Positions 1 through 10,268 of a stretch of 64,000 nucleotides of DNA are shown here, piece after piece. Source of the DNA: Candidatus Spongiisociaceae bacterium (lineage in GTDB: Bacteria; Actinomycetota; Acidimicrobiia; Spongiisociales; Spongiisociaceae); NCBI GenBank assembly GCA_965219685.1, contig CBDCOH010000002.1, positions 1,728,001 to 1,792,000 of the forward strand. Direction: 5' to 3'. The number at the start of each line of letters is the position of its first letter. Within the stretch, counting starts at the first letter, position 1. Position numbers and translations under genes: made by a program. The notes below the pieces were generated by a model. That model did no database searches. It saw only the letters and a program-made list of their open reading frames with translations, and was not told the DNA's origin.

Positions 1-1161
1 GCAGGCCGACTCGATCGCCTTGAAGTCCAGGAAGCCACGCCGACTCGTGGGCGGCAGGTCGTGGCTAGTCAGGATCATGTTCTCCGCGACGCTGAACTCT
101 CCGATCGTGCCGTCCCGCATCCGCTCCTCGGGGATGTAGGAGACGCCCAGACGGCGGATCTGCTTGGGGGTCTTGTATGTGGTGCGGGCACCGTTCATCA
201 CGACGTCGCCGGATGAGACCGGGCGGAGACCGGCGAGCGCCTCGGCCAACTCGCGCTGACCGTTGCCGGAAACGCCGGCGATCCCTACCACCTCGCCGCT
301 CCGGACCTCCAGGTTGAATTCCGAGACGGCGGGCGTTCCGCGGTCGCCGAGCACTTCGAGATCGCTGATAGAGATCCGGGCCTGCCCTACCGCTGACTCA
401 CCCCTCTCGGGCGCCAGCCTGACCTCCCGTCCCACCATCATGTGAGCCAGTTGCTCCCTGCTCGTCTCCGCAGGAACCGTCCGTCCGGTCACCCGACCGC
501 CCCGCAGCACCGTTATCCGGTCGGACAGGCTCATCACCTCGTGCAGCTTGTGGGAGATGAACACCAGGCCCCGACCCCCGTCGGTCATCTGGCGCAGCGT
601 CACGAACAGATCGTCCACCTCGGAGGGAGTCAGAACCGAGGTCGGCTCGTCGAGGATCAGGATCGACACGTCCCGGTAGATGGCCTTCATGATCTCGACG
701 CGCTGCCGTTCGCCGACCGCCAGCTGCCAGATATACGCGTCCGGATCGACCTGCAGTCCGTAGGCCTCGGACAGATCCCGGATACGTCGACGAACTGGAT
801 CGAGATCTTGCACGAGCCGCCTACCGGCCGGAAGCCCGAGCGCTACGTTCTCGGCCACGGTGAGGGTGGGGACCAGCATGAAGTGCTGGTGGATCATGCC
901 GATCCCCTGCTCGATGGCATCCGAGGGGGAGTCGATCGTGACCGCCTCGCCCTGCAGCCTTATCCCGCCCTCGTCGGCGTGATACAGCCCGTACAGGATC
1001 TTCATCAGCGTGCTCTTGCCGGCCCCGTTCTCGCCCAGCAGCGTGTGCACCTCGCCGGGCCGGACGTCGAAGTTCACCCGGTCGTTGGCGACCACCCCGG
1101 GGAAACGCTTGGTAATCCCCTCCATCTCGAGGAGCGGGGTTCCGGGGGTGACTGCAGGCAT
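1..1161 (-). CDS. Nucleoside/sugar ABC transporter ATP-binding protein (3' end outside window)
   Basis: Read manually, absent from the ORF track: MPAVTPGTPLLEMEGITKRFPGVVANDRVNFDVRPGEVHTLLGENGAGKSTLMK (Walker A), ILILDEPTSVLTP (Walker B); follows two permeases. Confidence 0.92.
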   Translation of the reverse strand, partial: MPAVTPGTPLLEMEGITKRFPGVVANDRVNFDVRPGEVHTLLGENGAGKSTLMKILYGLYHADEGGIRLQGEAVTIDSPSDAIEQGIGMIHQHFMLVPTLTVAENVALGLPAGRRLVQDLDPVRRRIRDLSEAYGLQVDPDAYIWQLAVGERQRVEIMKAIYRDVSILILDEPTSVLTPSEVDDLFVTLRQMTDGGRGLVFISHKLHEVMSLSDRITVLRGGRVTGRTVPAETSREQLAHMMVGREVRLAPERGESAVGQARISISDLEVLGDRGTPAVSEFNLEVRSGEVVGIAGVSGNGQRELAEALAGLRPVSSGDVVMNGARTTYKTPKQIRRLGVSYIPEERMRDGTIGEFSVAENMILTSHDLPPTSRRGFLDFKAIESAC

Positions 1162-1165
1162 GGGC

Positions 1166-2098
1166 CTAGTGCCCCCTTTGGAACGGACGGGTGAGGGCTG
1201 ATGGCTGGCCGGTACGCCGCGAGACGAGCACCAGCACCAGGATGGTCAGCACCGCCGGGAACATGCCCACGATGCTGGCCGTCGTCCCCACCACGATGCC
1301 GAGGGTCTTCCACTGGAGAACCGTCGCCGACACGAGACCGAACACGAGCGAACCCGCCATCACCCCTGACGGACGCCAAGCTCCGAAGTACACAAGGGCG
1401 ATGGCGATGAAGCCGTGCCCGTTGGTCAGGTTCTGCTGGAAGATCCCCAATTCGAGGGCGAGCGCCGCGCCCGCCAGTCCGGCCAGGGCGTTACCCACGA
1501 AGATGGTCATGTAGCGGGTCCGGTTGACGCTGACACCCAGGCTGTCGGCTGCCTCGGGTGTCTCCCCCACCGCCCTCACATTCAATCCGAACGGGGTCTT
1601 GTTGATGACGAACCACATCGCCGGCACCAGGAGGAAGGCCACGTACACGAGCACGTTCTGGTGGAAGAGCACCTCCCCGACCCACGGCAGGTCTCCCAGG
1701 AGCGGTACCGCAAGGTCACCCAAGCCGTCGATAGGCGTTGGGGTCCCGACCTGTTTCTGGAAGAGGAGATCGCTCAGCCCCAGCCCGAAGATGAAGATTC
1801 CGATGCCGCTGATCCCCTGCTCGGCTTTGAGGGCCAGCGTCACGACCCCGTACACGATGCCCATCACCCCGCCGACGACCAGGCTGACCACGATGCCGAG
1901 CAGGACGCTGTCCGTCCGGAGAGTGGCGTAGTAGGCACCGTACGCCCCCAGGAGCATCACCCCCTCCACGCCCAGGTTGAGCACGCCGCTTCGCTGGCCG
2001 ATGGTCTCGCCCAGGCCGGCCAGCAGGAACGGCGTCGCCAGCCGGATTCCGGAGGCGACGGTGGCCAGCAGCACCGAGACGGTCAGGAAGTCGCTCAC
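1166..2098 (-). CDS. Nucleoside ABC transporter permease
   Basis: Hydrophobic; SGVLNLGVEGVML and VRAVGETPEAADSLGVSV motifs of BPD_transp_2. Confidence 0.92.
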   Translation of the reverse strand: MSDFLTVSVLLATVASGIRLATPFLLAGLGETIGQRSGVLNLGVEGVMLLGAYGAYYATLRTDSVLLGIVVSLVVGGVMGIVYGVVTLALKAEQGISGIGIFIFGLGLSDLLFQKQVGTPTPIDGLGDLAVPLLGDLPWVGEVLFHQNVLVYVAFLLVPAMWFVINKTPFGLNVRAVGETPEAADSLGVSVNRTRYMTIFVGNALAGLAGAALALELGIFQQNLTNGHGFIAIALVYFGAWRPSGVMAGSLVFGLVSATVLQWKTLGIVVGTTASIVGMFPAVLTILVLVLVSRRTGQPSALTRPFQRGH

Positions 2099-3249
2099 GG
2101 GGGGCCTCGCAGGTCGGGTTCGCGGTCCGGAACGGTTCGATCGGCGCCCTCACCCTCGGACCTCATCTGTGAAGCAGCCCGCGCCAGCCGGGCGCGGGCC
2201 TCCATGCTTCCCACCACGAACACGACGACGAGACCGTTGAGAGCAAGTATCAGGGCGGCCGGTACCTGAACGGCCCGCTGCATGGCGTTGGCCCCCACCA
2301 GCAGGCTCCCGAACAGGAACGACGCCGGGATCGTCCACAGAGGATGCAGACCGCCGAAAAGGGCAGCCACGATGCCGTTGAATCCGGCCGCTCCGGTGAA
2401 GGTCGTGGCGCCGCCGTCGGTGGCGAGCCGGTGTCCCTCGCTCCCGAACACCAGGGTGACTCCCGCCATGCCGCACATGGCCCCGCTGTACACGAAGGCG
2501 AGGACGACGTTGCGTTTGACCGACATCCCCGCGTACCGGGAGGCGAACGGGTTGTGCCCGACCGCCCGGAGGCGGAGTCCCTGGGTGGTCCGGAACAGCA
2601 GGAAGTAGCAGACCACGGCCATCAGCACCGCGACGAGGACCCCGAGGTGGAGCCGCGTTCCGCCGGGCAGGATCGGCAGGTCGGCGTTGGTGCTCAACCG
2701 TTCCGTGTGGGGTATGCGAGAACCCTTCTCGATCTCGCCCGGGTCCATCAGCGGCCCCCGCAGCAGGAGGTTGAGTATCTGGACGGCGATGATGTTGAGC
2801 ATGATGGTGCTCAGGATCTCGTTCACGCGCGCGTAGGACTTCAGGACCCCCGCTATCCCTCCCCATACCGCTCCTCCCAGGGCTCCGATGACGAACGCAA
2901 GCGGTACCAGACCGAAGCGGGGCACATCCGGCAAGGCCAGCACGGCCAGCGTCGAGAGGATCGCTCCCGCGATGATCTGGCCCTCCCCGCCGATGTTGAT
3001 GACCCCTGCCCTGAAGGCGATGGTGATGCCGACCCCCACCAGCAGGAGAGGCATGGCCTTGAGGGCGCTGTTGGCCAGGTTCTTCGCCCCCCCGAATGCA
3101 CCGTCCACCAGCGCCGCGTAGCCGGTCAGGGGGTTCGCCCCCAGCACGACCAGCATGATCGCCCCGATCAGGGCTGCGGCCAGCACGGCGCCGATGAGCA
3201 CGCCAGGCCCGGCGAGCCGGGCCCCGATCTGCTTCCAATCGAGCGTCAG
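2095..3249 (-). CDS. Nucleoside ABC transporter permease
   Basis: RAGVINIGGEGQI and LRAVGHNPFASRYAGMSV motifs. Start placed at CTG 3249 behind AGGAGG; the track uses GTG 3201. Confidence 0.88.
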   Translation of the reverse strand: MTLDWKQIGARLAGPGVLIGAVLAAALIGAIMLVVLGANPLTGYAALVDGAFGGAKNLANSALKAMPLLLVGVGITIAFRAGVINIGGEGQIIAGAILSTLAVLALPDVPRFGLVPLAFVIGALGGAVWGGIAGVLKSYARVNEILSTIMLNIIAVQILNLLLRGPLMDPGEIEKGSRIPHTERLSTNADLPILPGGTRLHLGVLVAVLMAVVCYFLLFRTTQGLRLRAVGHNPFASRYAGMSVKRNVVLAFVYSGAMCGMAGVTLVFGSEGHRLATDGGATTFTGAAGFNGIVAALFGGLHPLWTIPASFLFGSLLVGANAMQRAVQVPAALILALNGLVVVFVVGSMEARARLARAASQMRSEGEGADRTVPDREPDLRGPP

Positions 3250-3276
3250 CGGAACCTCCTACCCACGTACCACAGA

Positions 3277-3309
3277 CCGGTCGGCTCTCCCGGATGGAGT
3301 ACCGACCGG
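3277..3309 (-). terminator. Stem-loop after the binding-protein gene (partial terminator/mRNA stabiliser)
   Basis: CCGGTCGG...CCGACCGG with inner CTCC/GGAG pairing, in the SBP-permease intergenic region. Confidence 0.5.
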
Positions 3310-3370
3310 ACTACCGGCGGCACCGGCCGTCACCGACCGCGGTCGACTCGGCCTGCGGCCATCCCGGCGA

Positions 3371-4378
3371 CTACTCGACCCCTGTCGAGATCGATCCGTC
3401 CTTGATACCGGCCTCGACGGCATCCGCCGCCTCCTGGATGTCGCCGGAGAGCGGCATCCCCGAGTTGTAGGCCATGGTCAGGCCGCCGTTGGCGAAGTCC
3501 GCCGTTATCACCCGCCCGCTGACCTCGTCGTTCAGGAGATCCTCGACGATCTGGGCGAGTTGGAAGTCCCAGCGGTAGATCTGCGAGGCGACCACGATGT
3601 CCTCACCCAGCGGCACCTGGTCGGTCTGCGAGCCGAACCAGAGAACGCCGTGCTCCCGGGCGACGCCGGTCGCCCCGACCACCATCTGGGAAACTCCGGT
3701 CATCACGTCGGCGCCGGCCTCGACATGGGCCTGGGCCGCTTCGGCCGCCAGCGCGACGTCGCTGAACGAGTCGATGTAGTTGACGTTGACCGTGATCGAA
3801 GGATCCACTGACTTGACACCGGCGACGAAGCCGTCGATGTAGAGCTTGATATCACCGACCTCGATCGGGCCTACCACACCGATGATGCTCGACTCGGTCA
3901 TGTGTGCTGCGATGGTCCCGTTGATGAATCCACCCTCATCGGACTGGACGCTGTACGAATACACGTTGGGGAGGCCGAAGGTGTCGCGGCTCGTGCCCCA
4001 CGCGAAGACGGTGTCCGGGAAGTCCGGAGCGATCTCCTCGAGGGAACCCCCGAACTGGGATCCGTGAGCCAGCACGATGTCGAACCCGTCCTCGGCGTAG
4101 CCTCGAATGGCCACTGCAGCGTCCTCTATCACGAACGTGCCGTCGGTGATGTCGACCTCTATGTTGTAGTTCTCGCCGAGCCGGTCCAGGGAATCGACCA
4201 TGCTCTGGGTGAAGGCCAGGTCGTTCGACGCGCTGGGCCCGACCATCGCGATCCTGATCGGGTCGTCGGCCGAGCGGCCGGTCTCCTCCTCTTCAGCACA
4301 AGCTGCCACCACCAGAGCGAAAAGCAGCACTGTGACCAACCACTTTCCGCTCGTTACCAACCTGATCACGTTCGACAT
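3371..4378 (-). CDS. BMP-family (PnrA/TmpC-like) nucleoside-binding lipoprotein
   Basis: Lipobox VVAAC; AIRGYAEDGFDIVLAHGSQF and IDGFVAGVKSVDP motifs; GAGGAGG RBS. Confidence 0.92.
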   Translation of the reverse strand: MSNVIRLVTSGKWLVTVLLFALVVAACAEEEETGRSADDPIRIAMVGPSASNDLAFTQSMVDSLDRLGENYNIEVDITDGTFVIEDAAVAIRGYAEDGFDIVLAHGSQFGGSLEEIAPDFPDTVFAWGTSRDTFGLPNVYSYSVQSDEGGFINGTIAAHMTESSIIGVVGPIEVGDIKLYIDGFVAGVKSVDPSITVNVNYIDSFSDVALAAEAAQAHVEAGADVMTGVSQMVVGATGVAREHGVLWFGSQTDQVPLGEDIVVASQIYRWDFQLAQIVEDLLNDEVSGRVITADFANGGLTMAYNSGMPLSGDIQEAADAVEAGIKDGSISTGVE

Positions 4379-4567
4379 GCCGGTCCTTCCTCCTCAGTCG
4401 ATCTCCCGGTGTGCCCCGAAAGGATAGGCGGTTGGAGGGCAGCGCGTTCGCTCGCTGGACCGACTCCTTCGAGAACCCCGATCCACACCGCCGGAGTCCG
4501 GACATGTCCACCCCCCGTTTAGGGGAATCTTCACCGGAATAGAAGATGGGGACCCGCGGCGAGAGAC

Positions 4568-4662
4568 ACAGATGCAAACGAGTAGCAGCAGCGTTGTGCA
4601 TCGTTGTGCACCGGAAGTTCAGGTGCGATCGCTCCCGCGCGGATGGCTTGGAAGTACTCGCC
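4568..4662. promoter_or_regulatory. Copy A of a three-copy dispersed non-coding element with an 11-bp-period GTTGT direct repeat
   Basis: Aligns almost without gaps to 20310-20404 and 52419-52514; lies upstream of the BMP operon. Confidence 0.6.
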
Positions 4663-6047
4663 TATGTGGACGGGCGGTCCGATATCAGCCGTTCCGCCCG
4701 GTCGAGCGACTCGTCCGAGAACCCGATCCTGACCCCGCTGAAGTTCGGGCCACGCGTCGCATCCAGCGCCAGACGTGAGGTGGTGCCTTCGACCGACGAT
4801 GACGGGTCGAGTGGGCTACCGGGCAGACCATCGACCACGAAGAGATCGTCGGCTGGCTGGAAGTGGGTGGCCAGCGCCCAGAGCACCTCGGAATCGTCGG
4901 TGACGTCGATGTCTTCATCCACAGCGATGACCGTCTTCAGGTACGGGTCCCAGCCCAGGAGACCGAGCATGACCTGGCGGGCCTCTCCCACCCTCCGCTG
5001 CCGGAGCTTCACGTAGCAGTGGAAGTGGCTACCCGAGTTCGGATAATGGACGGCGACCACCCCGGGGAACCTTCCCTTGAGCTTTTCGGCCATCTCGGAC
5101 TCCCGTGGGATACGCGCCAGGTTGAGGTGCTCGTTCGAGTTGCCACCCACCACGTCGAGAAGCAGCGGGTCGCGGCGGCGCGACATAGTCTCCACCCGGA
5201 AGAGGCTGTTGGTGGAACGGTCGGACGAGTATCCGGTGAACTCCCCGAACGGGCCCTCCTCGACGCGGGCATCGGGATCGATCACGCCTTCGAACAGGTA
5301 ATCGGACGTGGCGGGAACCCGGATCCCGTACCTGAGCGACCGCACGACCTCGAGAGGCGCCCCGAACAGACCGCCCGCCACGTGGCGCTCGTCGACGGTC
5401 ATCGGCACGCGGGCGGAAGCGGCCAGCATGAACAAGGGGTGCCCTCCGAGCACCATCGCCACCCGGAGCGGCTCTCCCTGCTCGGCCGCCGCCCCGAGCA
5501 TCCGCCACAGGTCCCCGCGGGAGTGGAGGCTGGTGGCGAACTCGGTCGCCGAGTGGACCATGGCCCGGTGGTAGCTCAGGTTGCCGATCCCATCGGCTCC
5601 CTCGGCCACGATGATGCCGCTGGTGACGTAGGGCGCCCGGTCCGTGGCGAAGTGGGTGAGGAGGGGGAAGGTGCGCAGGTCGATCGCCGCTCCCTCGCTC
5701 ACCAGATCCAGCACCGGGGCCTCGCCGACCTCGACAGGTTCGATCAGGTTCCTGGCCCTGGCCTGGAACGTGTCGTGGAGGTTCCGCGGATCGGCGCCGA
5801 GTATCCGCGAGATACGGCGCCGGCAGGCGAACAGGTTGGTGACGACCTCGTGGGGAATCCCCTCGATGTTCCGGAAGCGCAGCATCGGATGGCGACTCCC
5901 TGCAGCCAGCCTCCACACCATGCTCGTGACGTCCTGGGAGTCGGCAACCGGCTCGGTGATGTCGAGGACGTCCTCGGGGAATGACCGCTCGTAGATGGAA
6001 ACGAAGTCATGCAGGTCCTGGCTCGACCGGAGACCGGGGATGGTCAT
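4662..6047 (-). CDS. UbiD-family (prFMN-dependent) decarboxylase
   Basis: EEGPFGEFTGY catalytic motif, NLSYHR, KTVIAVDEDIDV...VLWALAT; ATG 6047 behind GAGGAGG. Confidence 0.93.
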   Translation of the reverse strand: MTIPGLRSSQDLHDFVSIYERSFPEDVLDITEPVADSQDVTSMVWRLAAGSRHPMLRFRNIEGIPHEVVTNLFACRRRISRILGADPRNLHDTFQARARNLIEPVEVGEAPVLDLVSEGAAIDLRTFPLLTHFATDRAPYVTSGIIVAEGADGIGNLSYHRAMVHSATEFATSLHSRGDLWRMLGAAAEQGEPLRVAMVLGGHPLFMLAASARVPMTVDERHVAGGLFGAPLEVVRSLRYGIRVPATSDYLFEGVIDPDARVEEGPFGEFTGYSSDRSTNSLFRVETMSRRRDPLLLDVVGGNSNEHLNLARIPRESEMAEKLKGRFPGVVAVHYPNSGSHFHCYVKLRQRRVGEARQVMLGLLGWDPYLKTVIAVDEDIDVTDDSEVLWALATHFQPADDLFVVDGLPGSPLDPSSSVEGTTSRLALDATRGPNFSGVRIGFSDESLDRAERLISDRPST

Positions 6048-6432
6048 CGGGAACCCTCCTCGCTCCCCGTCGGGGCTCCTTCGCGTTGGGCGGACAACTG
6101 CATACCCCACAACCGGCCGGCTCTCCTTCGGGACACGGGGGTTGACGGTGTCACACACCTCCCGCATACTGACCGGTACCAAACACCTACACGGCCACGA
6201 GGCCCGACGTCGACCCGGAGGCCGCAGGTATCCAACATCAAGGAGCGCCGCCGACCGGAGGCTGAGGAGGAACGCGCCCCGGATCCAGGCAAGGTGGCGG
6301 TGGGGGAGGGCCCGCAGTCGGCGTAGTGCCCGGCCGGAGTCGCGAAAACCTGCGCTATCGGCATCGCACCGCATTCCCCATCCTGGCGGGCTCCCGCAAC
6401 GGGACCGATCTCGATGGCCGATTGCACGATGG

Positions 6433-7353
6433 TCAGTCGACCGATCGCCCGTAGCTACCCGCAGCCAGTTGTGCCTTTGCCTCCTCGACCGACTCGGGAG
6501 GAGCGGTGGGCTGGACGCCGACCAACCGGGCGATGTTGTTACCCATGTAGTCCTCGAGTTGATCCTCGTCGACACCCAGCCCCTGGGGCGGCTCGTGGCA
6601 GAGCACCTCCAGGTGGGTGAGCCACATGCCCGGATCGTTGGGGGGAGAGTCCGTCCCGAACACGAGGCGGTCGCGGGGCATCTCCTTGGCGAACTCGACG
6701 ATCCGGGACTGGAGCAGCCATCCCGACTCGCCGTAGACGTTCGGCGAGTCCATGATCATCCAGAAGGCCTCGAAGCAGTACACGCCCCCCGTCTGGACCC
6801 CGAAGTGGCCGATGATGAACTTGACGTCGGGGAACTCGCGGATGATCGGGTAGAACTGGGTCGGGATGGAGTAGGGACCGTCGCCGGTGTGGAGCAGGAC
6901 CACCACTCCCAGCTCGTCGCACTTGCGGAGAGCCGGGCGCAGCCAGTCCAGGGCCCGGTCCGGGCGGTAGGCGTGCATGTTGGCGTGCAGCTTCATCATC
7001 TTGAAGCCGTACTCCTTCACGTGGAACTCGAGTTCCGCCGCGCCGTTCTCGGGGCCGAATCGGGGGTTGTAGTTGAAGTTACCGATGAACCGGTCGGGGT
7101 ACTTCTGGGTCAGCTCCGCGATGTAGGACATGTAGTCCCGGATGCCATCTCGACCGCTCCGGCCTCCCTGATGCCACACCGTGTTCCCGGGGGGAGGCTG
7201 GATGAAGCCCATGTCGATGCGCCGGGGTTTCCCGTTGATCCAGTACGGACCGTCCATCATCTCCAGCATCCGCTCCCCCGTGAACGGCTCGCCGGTATGC
7301 CTCCAAGCCTGGTCGATGACGTTGGTGGGGTGGAGATGCGTGTCGATGATCAT
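6433..7353 (-). CDS. Amidohydrolase-family protein (Amidohydro_2)
   Basis: IIDTHLH (HxH), KLH, LLHTG, IIGHFG, FGTDSP metal-ligand pattern. Confidence 0.92.
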   Translation of the reverse strand: MIIDTHLHPTNVIDQAWRHTGEPFTGERMLEMMDGPYWINGKPRRIDMGFIQPPPGNTVWHQGGRSGRDGIRDYMSYIAELTQKYPDRFIGNFNYNPRFGPENGAAELEFHVKEYGFKMMKLHANMHAYRPDRALDWLRPALRKCDELGVVVLLHTGDGPYSIPTQFYPIIREFPDVKFIIGHFGVQTGGVYCFEAFWMIMDSPNVYGESGWLLQSRIVEFAKEMPRDRLVFGTDSPPNDPGMWLTHLEVLCHEPPQGLGVDEDQLEDYMGNNIARLVGVQPTAPPESVEEAKAQLAAGSYGRSVD

Positions 7354-7522
7354 GTGGCAGGTCGCTCCTGGTTAGCCGCTGGTCGCTGGCAGGGTCGGGG
7401 ATCTCGGTGCCCGACGCGAACCGCTTCGGACTTCGTGTCCTCCGCCGGTCGAGCGGCCAGCGTAATGAGCCGGCCGTCGAGTCCGAGACTACCCGGTGAC
7501 CGGAGCAGCGCTCAGGTCTTCG

Positions 7523-8749
7523 TCACCGTCCCGGCCGGGTGCTGCCGTCGAGATAGCGGAGGGCGGCCAGCGCGTAGATCCTGGCGGCCTGGTTGACTCC
7601 TTCGACGGCCAGGCGCTCGTTGGGGCCGTGTGCCCTGGGAACGTAGCCCGGACCGAAGGCGGCCACGGTCGGTATGCCGGCTATCCCCTGGAAGCTAAGG
7701 GCGTCCGTCGCACCGGGGAAGACGCCCGGCTCCACGGATCTCCCGAGCACCAGGCGCGAGGCATGCTGCAGGGCTGCCACCACCGGATGGTCAGGCCGGA
7801 TCTGCGTGGCCTCGGAGAACCCCACCATCCTCAGTTCCGCCGACAGCCGCGGGTTCTCCGCCATCGACCGGTCGAGGAACCTGAGGAGGTCGGCCGTCAC
7901 GCTCGGCTCGGTCATGCCCGGCACGAGCCGGATGTCGGAGCTGAAACGCGCGTTGCCCGGATAGACCCCGTAAAACACGCCGGCCTCGGCCATCACGCCC
8001 ACGTTGACGGTCGGGCCGGAACCGTCCAGGGGGTAGGGAACATAGGTCAGGCAGCGATGGAACTCGGATGCCATCTTCTGTATCAGCCATGCCATCTCGA
8101 CGGTGGCGTTGACGGGGTCGAAGCGATCCGAGACGCTCGAGTGCATCTGGGTGCCTTCGACTTCGATGTCGACCAGGGCGGACCCCCTCGAGACCACCCC
8201 GATCATCTCCCATTCCGACATCACGCCGCACGGTTCGCCGATGATGGCCGCGTCGGCCACGAGATGCCCTTCCTCTGCCAGCCACTTGGACCCGAGCGTC
8301 GAGCCTGCTTCCTCGTCGGCGGTCAGGACCAGTTGGAGCTCTCCGCACCACCCTCCCGACCTGGACAGAGCCACCGCCGCGTACGCCATCGCCGCAACCG
8401 CCGCCTTCATGTCACCCGAACCCAGACCGCGCAGCTCACCGTCCGAGACGACCGGATCCCACGGGTCGGTTTCCCAGCGGGAGAGGTCGCCGGCCGGTTT
8501 GGTGTCGGTGTGGCCCGAGAGAACGAGTGTCGGACCGGGCCCGTCGCCGGGGATCCGCACGATGACGTTGGGCCTCGAAGGCCGGGCTTCGAGAATCGTC
8601 AGATCGTTGAGCCCGTGGGCGCGCAGCAGTTCGCACACCACACCGACCACGGCTCTCTCGTCGCCGGGCGGATTGGGACTGGGAGTGGCCACCAGCCGGC
8701 GCGCAAGGTCGAGTTGATCCTCGGCGGTGGACTCCAGGAAGGAGAGCAC
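7523..8749 (-). CDS. M20-family metallo-amidohydrolase (ArgE/DapE-like)
   Basis: SGHTDT, GLGSGDMK, ADEEAG, IGEP, AHGPNE motifs; start approximate. Confidence 0.92.
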   Translation of the reverse strand: MLSFLESTAEDQLDLARRLVATPSPNPPGDERAVVGVVCELLRAHGLNDLTILEARPSRPNVIVRIPGDGPGPTLVLSGHTDTKPAGDLSRWETDPWDPVVSDGELRGLGSGDMKAAVAAMAYAAVALSRSGGWCGELQLVLTADEEAGSTLGSKWLAEEGHLVADAAIIGEPCGVMSEWEMIGVVSRGSALVDIEVEGTQMHSSVSDRFDPVNATVEMAWLIQKMASEFHRCLTYVPYPLDGSGPTVNVGVMAEAGVFYGVYPGNARFSSDIRLVPGMTEPSVTADLLRFLDRSMAENPRLSAELRMVGFSEATQIRPDHPVVAALQHASRLVLGRSVEPGVFPGATDALSFQGIAGIPTVAAFGPGYVPRAHGPNERLAVEGVNQAARIYALAALRYLDGSTRPGR

Positions 8750-8792
8750 CTCGGCACGGGGTGGGACCGGGGCGGACAGGTCGGATCGGCCC

Positions 8793-10268
8793 CTACAGCG
8801 GGTTGAGCGGATAGAGCGGACGGGGCGCGTTGCGGAACCGGAGACCTTCCAGCCGAGGTCGGCTCACTCCGGGAAGATCGAGGGTCACCGCTTCGGCGGC
8901 CGATTCGGCGAAGTTGGCCCGGTAGTCACTGCACGAACGGACCACTAGCACGTCGGCCTGATCGGGATCCAACCCGGCGTGGCGCCAGGTGGCCGGGTCG
9001 GCGCTGATGGCAGGCTCCGACGTCACGAGCAGGTGGTGGAATCCGGATTGCAGCACCACCCACTCCCCCATCGACACCTCCCGACGGGTGAAGGACTTGC
9101 CTGCCAGCCGGTAACTTCCCGCTCCGGACCGCCGGACGATTCCGTCCACCACCACCGACGGCGCGTCGGGGTTGATCCCCCCGCCCACCTCTACCCGCAC
9201 CCGCTGCCCTACCGCCGCACGGCACCGCTCTACGGCCGACGGGTCGAGGACCGTATGCATGACTACGAGGTCGGGGCCGTGGAGGGCGGCCTGGCCGATC
9301 ATCACGGGATCGTCACCGGGAGCGCCAGCCGTCGGGCAGTCGGCGGTGTGGGCCATGATGAAGGGCTTGGCGCCCGAGGCCCGCGCCATTCGAAACGCCT
9401 TGTCCGGGGTCAGGAGACGCGGCGTGGTCATCCGCTCCTTCCTCTGCCAGATCTCGTCGGCCAACTCCTCGGCCAGACTGCGAGCTCCTGTCGGGTCGGC
9501 GTCGGCCACAACCGAGACCCCGAGACCCAGCTCGGGAACATCGAGCCACGGCTGCACCGGGAACAGCGAGACATCGAGCATGTGCGGCGCGGCCCGCTCG
9601 TAGGCGAGCCGGCGAACTTCCGCCATGGGACCGACGTCGGTGCGCATCGCTTCGGCGGGGATTAGCAGGGGACGCTTGGCAAGGGCCATGGAGGGCGCGA
9701 TCTCCCCGTACGACACCGCGGTGACCAGCCTGGCGATCCGTTTGCCGGTTGCGGCCATGTCCGTATGCGGCTCCGTGTGGTAGCCGACCAGCACGTCGGC
9801 CAACTGGACCATCCGGTCGGTGATGTTGGCATGAAGATCCAGGCACACTCCCAGCGCAATGTCACCGATCCGGCGCCTGGCCGTCTCGATGAGCGCCGAG
9901 TCGGCATCGAAGAGGGACTCCGACGCCATCGCTCCGTGCAACGACAGCACGAGACCCTGCAAGCTGCCCGCCGACTTCAGGCTGTCGTCGAGCAGCCCGG
10001 ACAGCCGCTCGAAGGCATCGTCGCTCACTTTGCCCGACGGAAGCGCCCAGGCCGCCACCAGGGGCACCGGCTCGGCCCCCATCCGGCGTAGGGCGGAGAA
10101 GGCCCCCGCGAACTCGGTGTTGGTCCTCTTCAGGGATTTGGCTGCTTCATCGCCCACCAGGACGGTGTAGTCCTCCCAGCGGGTCGGCCGGGGACTGAAG
10201 GTGTTGGTCTCCTGGACCAACGAGGCAACCCCGATTCTCGGTCGCGCCAGATTCCAGGGGTCCATCAT
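8793..10268 (-). CDS. MlrC/M81-family metallopeptidase
   Basis: QETNTFS, LHGAM, LDLHAN, YHTEPHTD motifs. Confidence 0.92.
   Translation of the reverse strand: MMDPWNLARPRIGVASLVQETNTFSPRPTRWEDYTVLVGDEAAKSLKRTNTEFAGAFSALRRMGAEPVPLVAAWALPSGKVSDDAFERLSGLLDDSLKSAGSLQGLVLSLHGAMASESLFDADSALIETARRRIGDIALGVCLDLHANITDRMVQLADVLVGYHTEPHTDMAATGKRIARLVTAVSYGEIAPSMALAKRPLLIPAEAMRTDVGPMAEVRRLAYERAAPHMLDVSLFPVQPWLDVPELGLGVSVVADADPTGARSLAEELADEIWQRKERMTTPRLLTPDKAFRMARASGAKPFIMAHTADCPTAGAPGDDPVMIGQAALHGPDLVVMHTVLDPSAVERCRAAVGQRVRVEVGGGINPDAPSVVVDGIVRRSGAGSYRLAGKSFTRREVSMGEWVVLQSGFHHLLVTSEPAISADPATWRHAGLDPDQADVLVVRSCSDYRANFAESAAEAVTLDLPGVSRPRLEGLRFRNAPRPLYPLNPL

Noticed and set aside
6048-6432. 385-bp intergenic region before ubiD as an ncRNA or small gene
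   Set aside because: No recognisable RNA motif, repeat or convincing ORF
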